This document shows, one piece after another, positions 60,847-64,000 of a stretch of DNA of 64,000 nt; positions within the stretch are counted from its first letter, which is position 1, and each line of letters begins with the position of its first letter. The notes beneath the pieces are model-generated. The model worked only from the letters and a program-made list of their open reading frames with translations, made no database searches and was not told the origin of the DNA. This DNA is from Chrysemys picta bellii. Its lineage: Eukaryota. Location of the stretch: the NCBI RefSeq assembly GCF_011386835.1, contig NC_088794.1, forward strand, positions 75,516,001-75,580,000. Direction: 5' to 3'. A program made the position numbers and the translations under genes.

Positions 60847-63764
60847 CCAGCCAATGTATCACTCATTTCTCTAAACAGTGTGAGTGTATCCATTTAGTCA
60901 TAAGGCTTCACTGAATGGACTGGGTGAATGAGTTTCGGACAACTGATCGTTCATAAACTGTTGTTTTTGACTATTCACTATTTGTCTTGTGTGATTGGTC
61001 ACCTAAATCACACACAGTATTGTTTCTGTTCTCAGACTGAATGACTGGATCTTCGTAAGAATAACTAAACACTGAATGCTCTCTCTTCTACAAATTTTCT
61101 GTCAATCTTAGGTACTTATATGGCTACCTATACTGTAATATCTGAGCGCCTCACAATCTTTAATGTATCTATCCTCACAATCCCCCTATCAGATAGGGAA
61201 GTGCTATTATCCCCATTGCACAGATGACAACTGAGGCACAGAGAAACTAAGGGTACATAGTAGTCCTGATGTTATAGTTAAATTTGACATTTTTTTCTAC
61301 ATTCTGCCTATTTGGGTTCTCCCTGTGGTTACACATGAATGGCTTCCTTACTTCCTGTCTTAAACTCTTGGGTAGAATTTCTGTAGAGTATTAAACAGAT
61401 TTGGCAGTCATTCCCAGAAGCAGAACATTTCACTGATGAATCTTTCCGGCTAACCCAGTGTAAAATACTATTATTTTATTATCTTGAATATTAAAATAAA
61501 AAGAATTAATAACTCTAGCAAGGGAGAAAGAGTTGATAAAAAATGTTATGTGACAGTTTCCTGTTGAACTTTTCCTGAATGTCAAGGAAAAGGAGAGGGA
61601 TAATGATAGTAGGAATGAAAGAGTAGGCTAACTCATGATTAAGAAGTCTGAGAACACTGAAATGCCACACTGTTCATAAGGGAAATTAAATTACTAATCC
61701 TTATTCCATATGGGGCATTGTGCAACTATGCAGGAGCTTTCAACAGCTGGCTGTGAATGGCCAGTGCAATGGAAAAGGGCTGTAGATCCGCTGGGTTCTC
61801 TATGAATGCTATCAAATAGGAGTTGATCACTGCTAACATAATGGAAGGCAGGGGTGCAGAAGAATGTGAGTTATGTGTACCTTTGTAGGGGAACCAAGAA
61901 TAGTGAAATCTCTGGTATATACCACTGTTTCTGGCTGTAGCAGCTAGGGGGTAGCAGACATCCTGACTGAGACCTTTGTAACTGTATGGTCTATGGTATT
62001 ATGTCCAGTTGACTTTCTGCCTTGCCAGTCGTACTATAGAGTCTGTTATAAAGGCTAACAAGACACATGTCTTGGAGCTAATAAAGACTGAGCCACACAG
62101 CAAACATTCTGTGTCTGATCCTTCTCCTGCAGTAAAAACCAAGGGAATGTAAAAAGGTTTGGAAAGGGGACATATGCATTCAAGAAACCATCACCTGTTC
62201 TGCACAGCAGAACTGCCAGTCTGAAAATCAAACCGAGACTCTTCAAGGACAGAGACTTCAGACACAGCTGCTAACATGCCAAAGAGTCAGTATTGAGTAT
62301 CACCAACACAGAGAGCTTTGTAGAGATTTCTTAGAGACATACATACGGCCCCAATATAGTACCTAAACTGCAGATCTGAGATCCCTGGCAGAAATGTGCT
62401 ATAAGACATTATTTTTGTAGGACCACACTTGTTCCTGACATACACCCCATGTAAACATATTGTAGTCATAATCAGGGCAGCATTTGACCTATCCTGAGTA
62501 CACATAACAATCATTGTGCTCTCTGATACACCTGCCATTTGTTCTAGGACTCATGTCATTTCTGTCACACTCCCAAATTCCTAACTCTATGCACTTCCCC
62601 AAGCTGATTTTAATTCTCTTTTTTCCGGCCATTGGAGCCATCTGCATTTTTAATAATAAAACTCTCCTGCCAACCCTACATGAAGGAAAATGCCACAGGC
62701 AACCACCTTTCCTGAAGCAAAGGTTTGATTTCATTTGTAGTTGTTGTTGTTTTAAAGCTGGCATATGTAGAAGCTGGCATATGTATAACCCAGCTCATGG
62801 CATATTCTCTCCAATTATGCTCTTATCATCGCATTCAGCTACATCCAAGAATATAGTGTCAAAGGAGCGGAGCTCCAAGAAATGTCCCTACTGGCTCTTC
62901 GCTTCTCTTGTCTTTTGTACTCAATTTTCACACAGAGAGAAGCCAATCTCTATCTCGTGTGTAGCTGACATCCAAATCTGCAGGGCTCTTATCCCAAGGA
63001 TTGCTTTTTATTGCTTTGTTTGTTTCTCGCACAGACAGGAACAAACCCATGTGCTGCAGATGCAGCTAAAATATAAATTGCACACAACAGAGCTGAGATC
63101 AGAACCCTCATCTTTTATATTTAAACATACAGTTATCTAATACATGAACTCAATAAAAATATGTGTAACTGTTGGGAGTAGTAGGTCATTTACCCCAGTA
63201 TTAAGCCAGCCACTAGAGGGCAACATCACTCACTCGCTCTTACATAGCTCACTCACCCACTACCAGTACATTACAGCACTGCTGTTTGCTTGGCTCTCAA
63301 TGGATGCATTTCTTTTAGAATCTAGGTGATATAATGATTTTTTGTTTGTTTGTTTGTTTTTGGTTCTGTCTTTTGCTTTCCTGGTTCCATTTCAAGGAAT
63401 TGTGGGAAATTTAAGGGAAAGAAGGTTAGCATAGACGAGGCTTTAGAGAAATGAGCTGTTTGTTTCAATGCTGATATTCCTGCCCCAAGCCCTACCAAAA
63501 AACAATAAATCACAGAGCAAAAACCACACTTATATTTAACTACTGGCTCTTAATGGCTCATTGGCAGCATTTTAAATACTCCTGGATATCACAAAGCATT
63601 TGACCTTAAGCAGAAATGGTTAGATTCAACCTTGACATTTTAACATAATAAAACAATTAAGGTGGGTGTTGCACATTAAATATTATTTGGTTTCCTGACC
63701 AGACTCCATAATGCAATCCCAGTTTGGCATGCTGTATCTCCTGACTCTAGGTCACTGATAAAAA

Positions 63765-64000
63765 TGTTTAATATAATAACAGATCCCCGTAGAACCCCAC
63801 TAGAAACACACCCTCTCAAAGAAGATTCCCCATATCAGTTAGTCAGCTTTTAATCCATTAATGTGTGCCATGTTAATTTCATATCATTTTAGTTGTTTAA
63901 CAAAAATGTTATGTGGTTCCAAGTCAAACGCCTTACAGAAGTCTAAGTATATTATATCAACATTATTACTTTTATCAACAAAACTTGTAATCTCATAAAA
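63765..64000 (-). mobile_element. CR1 LINE reverse-transcriptase fragment (runs off the window)
   Basis: The minus frame reads NNVDIIYLDFCKAFDLEPHNIFVKQLK*, the non-LTR RT motif YLDFxKAFD, with stop codons. Confidence 0.85.

Noticed and set aside
62514-63140. 208-aa + strand ORF
   Set aside because: Starts at TTG, has no recognisable domain or convincing exon structure, and its composition mirrors AT-rich non-coding DNA; treated as chance.
37010-64000. A neighbouring gene upstream of PAMR1 (FJX1 is the neighbour in human, from recall)
   Set aside because: No long single-exon ORF or CpG island seen; only TE-derived coding remnants.

Overview
Vertebrate genomic DNA, most likely from a turtle. 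The taxon is inferred from the repeat repertoire: CR1, MIR/CORE-SINE, LF-SINE, GC-rich hAT and Harbinger MITEs and Penelope-like elements. The only host gene is the 5' part of PAMR1 on the minus strand. Coding exons 1-6 (36812-36740, 22735-22559, 21748-21620, 14197-14083, 9057-8840, 3712-3605; 820 nt) have GT-AG boundaries and splice in frame. They encode signal peptide, Cys-rich region, CUB and EGF domains; the sushi and protease-like exons lie beyond position 1. The remaining ~27 kb is upstream intergenic DNA. Most ORFs in the supplied track are chance ORFs or transposon artefacts. The most notable non-gene signal is a set of minimal type-I hammerhead ribozyme motifs in two families of Penelope-like retroelement ends, several arranged as inverted arms. 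The motifs at 617-657 (+) and 53268-53309 (-) have fully intact catalytic cores. A 188-bp near-perfect palindrome in intron 4 has its axis on the ribozyme stem-I strand. Also present: many hAT MITEs with readable 8-bp TSDs, a well-preserved RTE LINE 3' end, an LF-SINE, and a perfect 63-bp direct repeat with ~1 kb spacing. Hammerheads in Penelope-like elements are a known class, so any novelty is in these copies and their architecture, not a new system. No database searches could be run.
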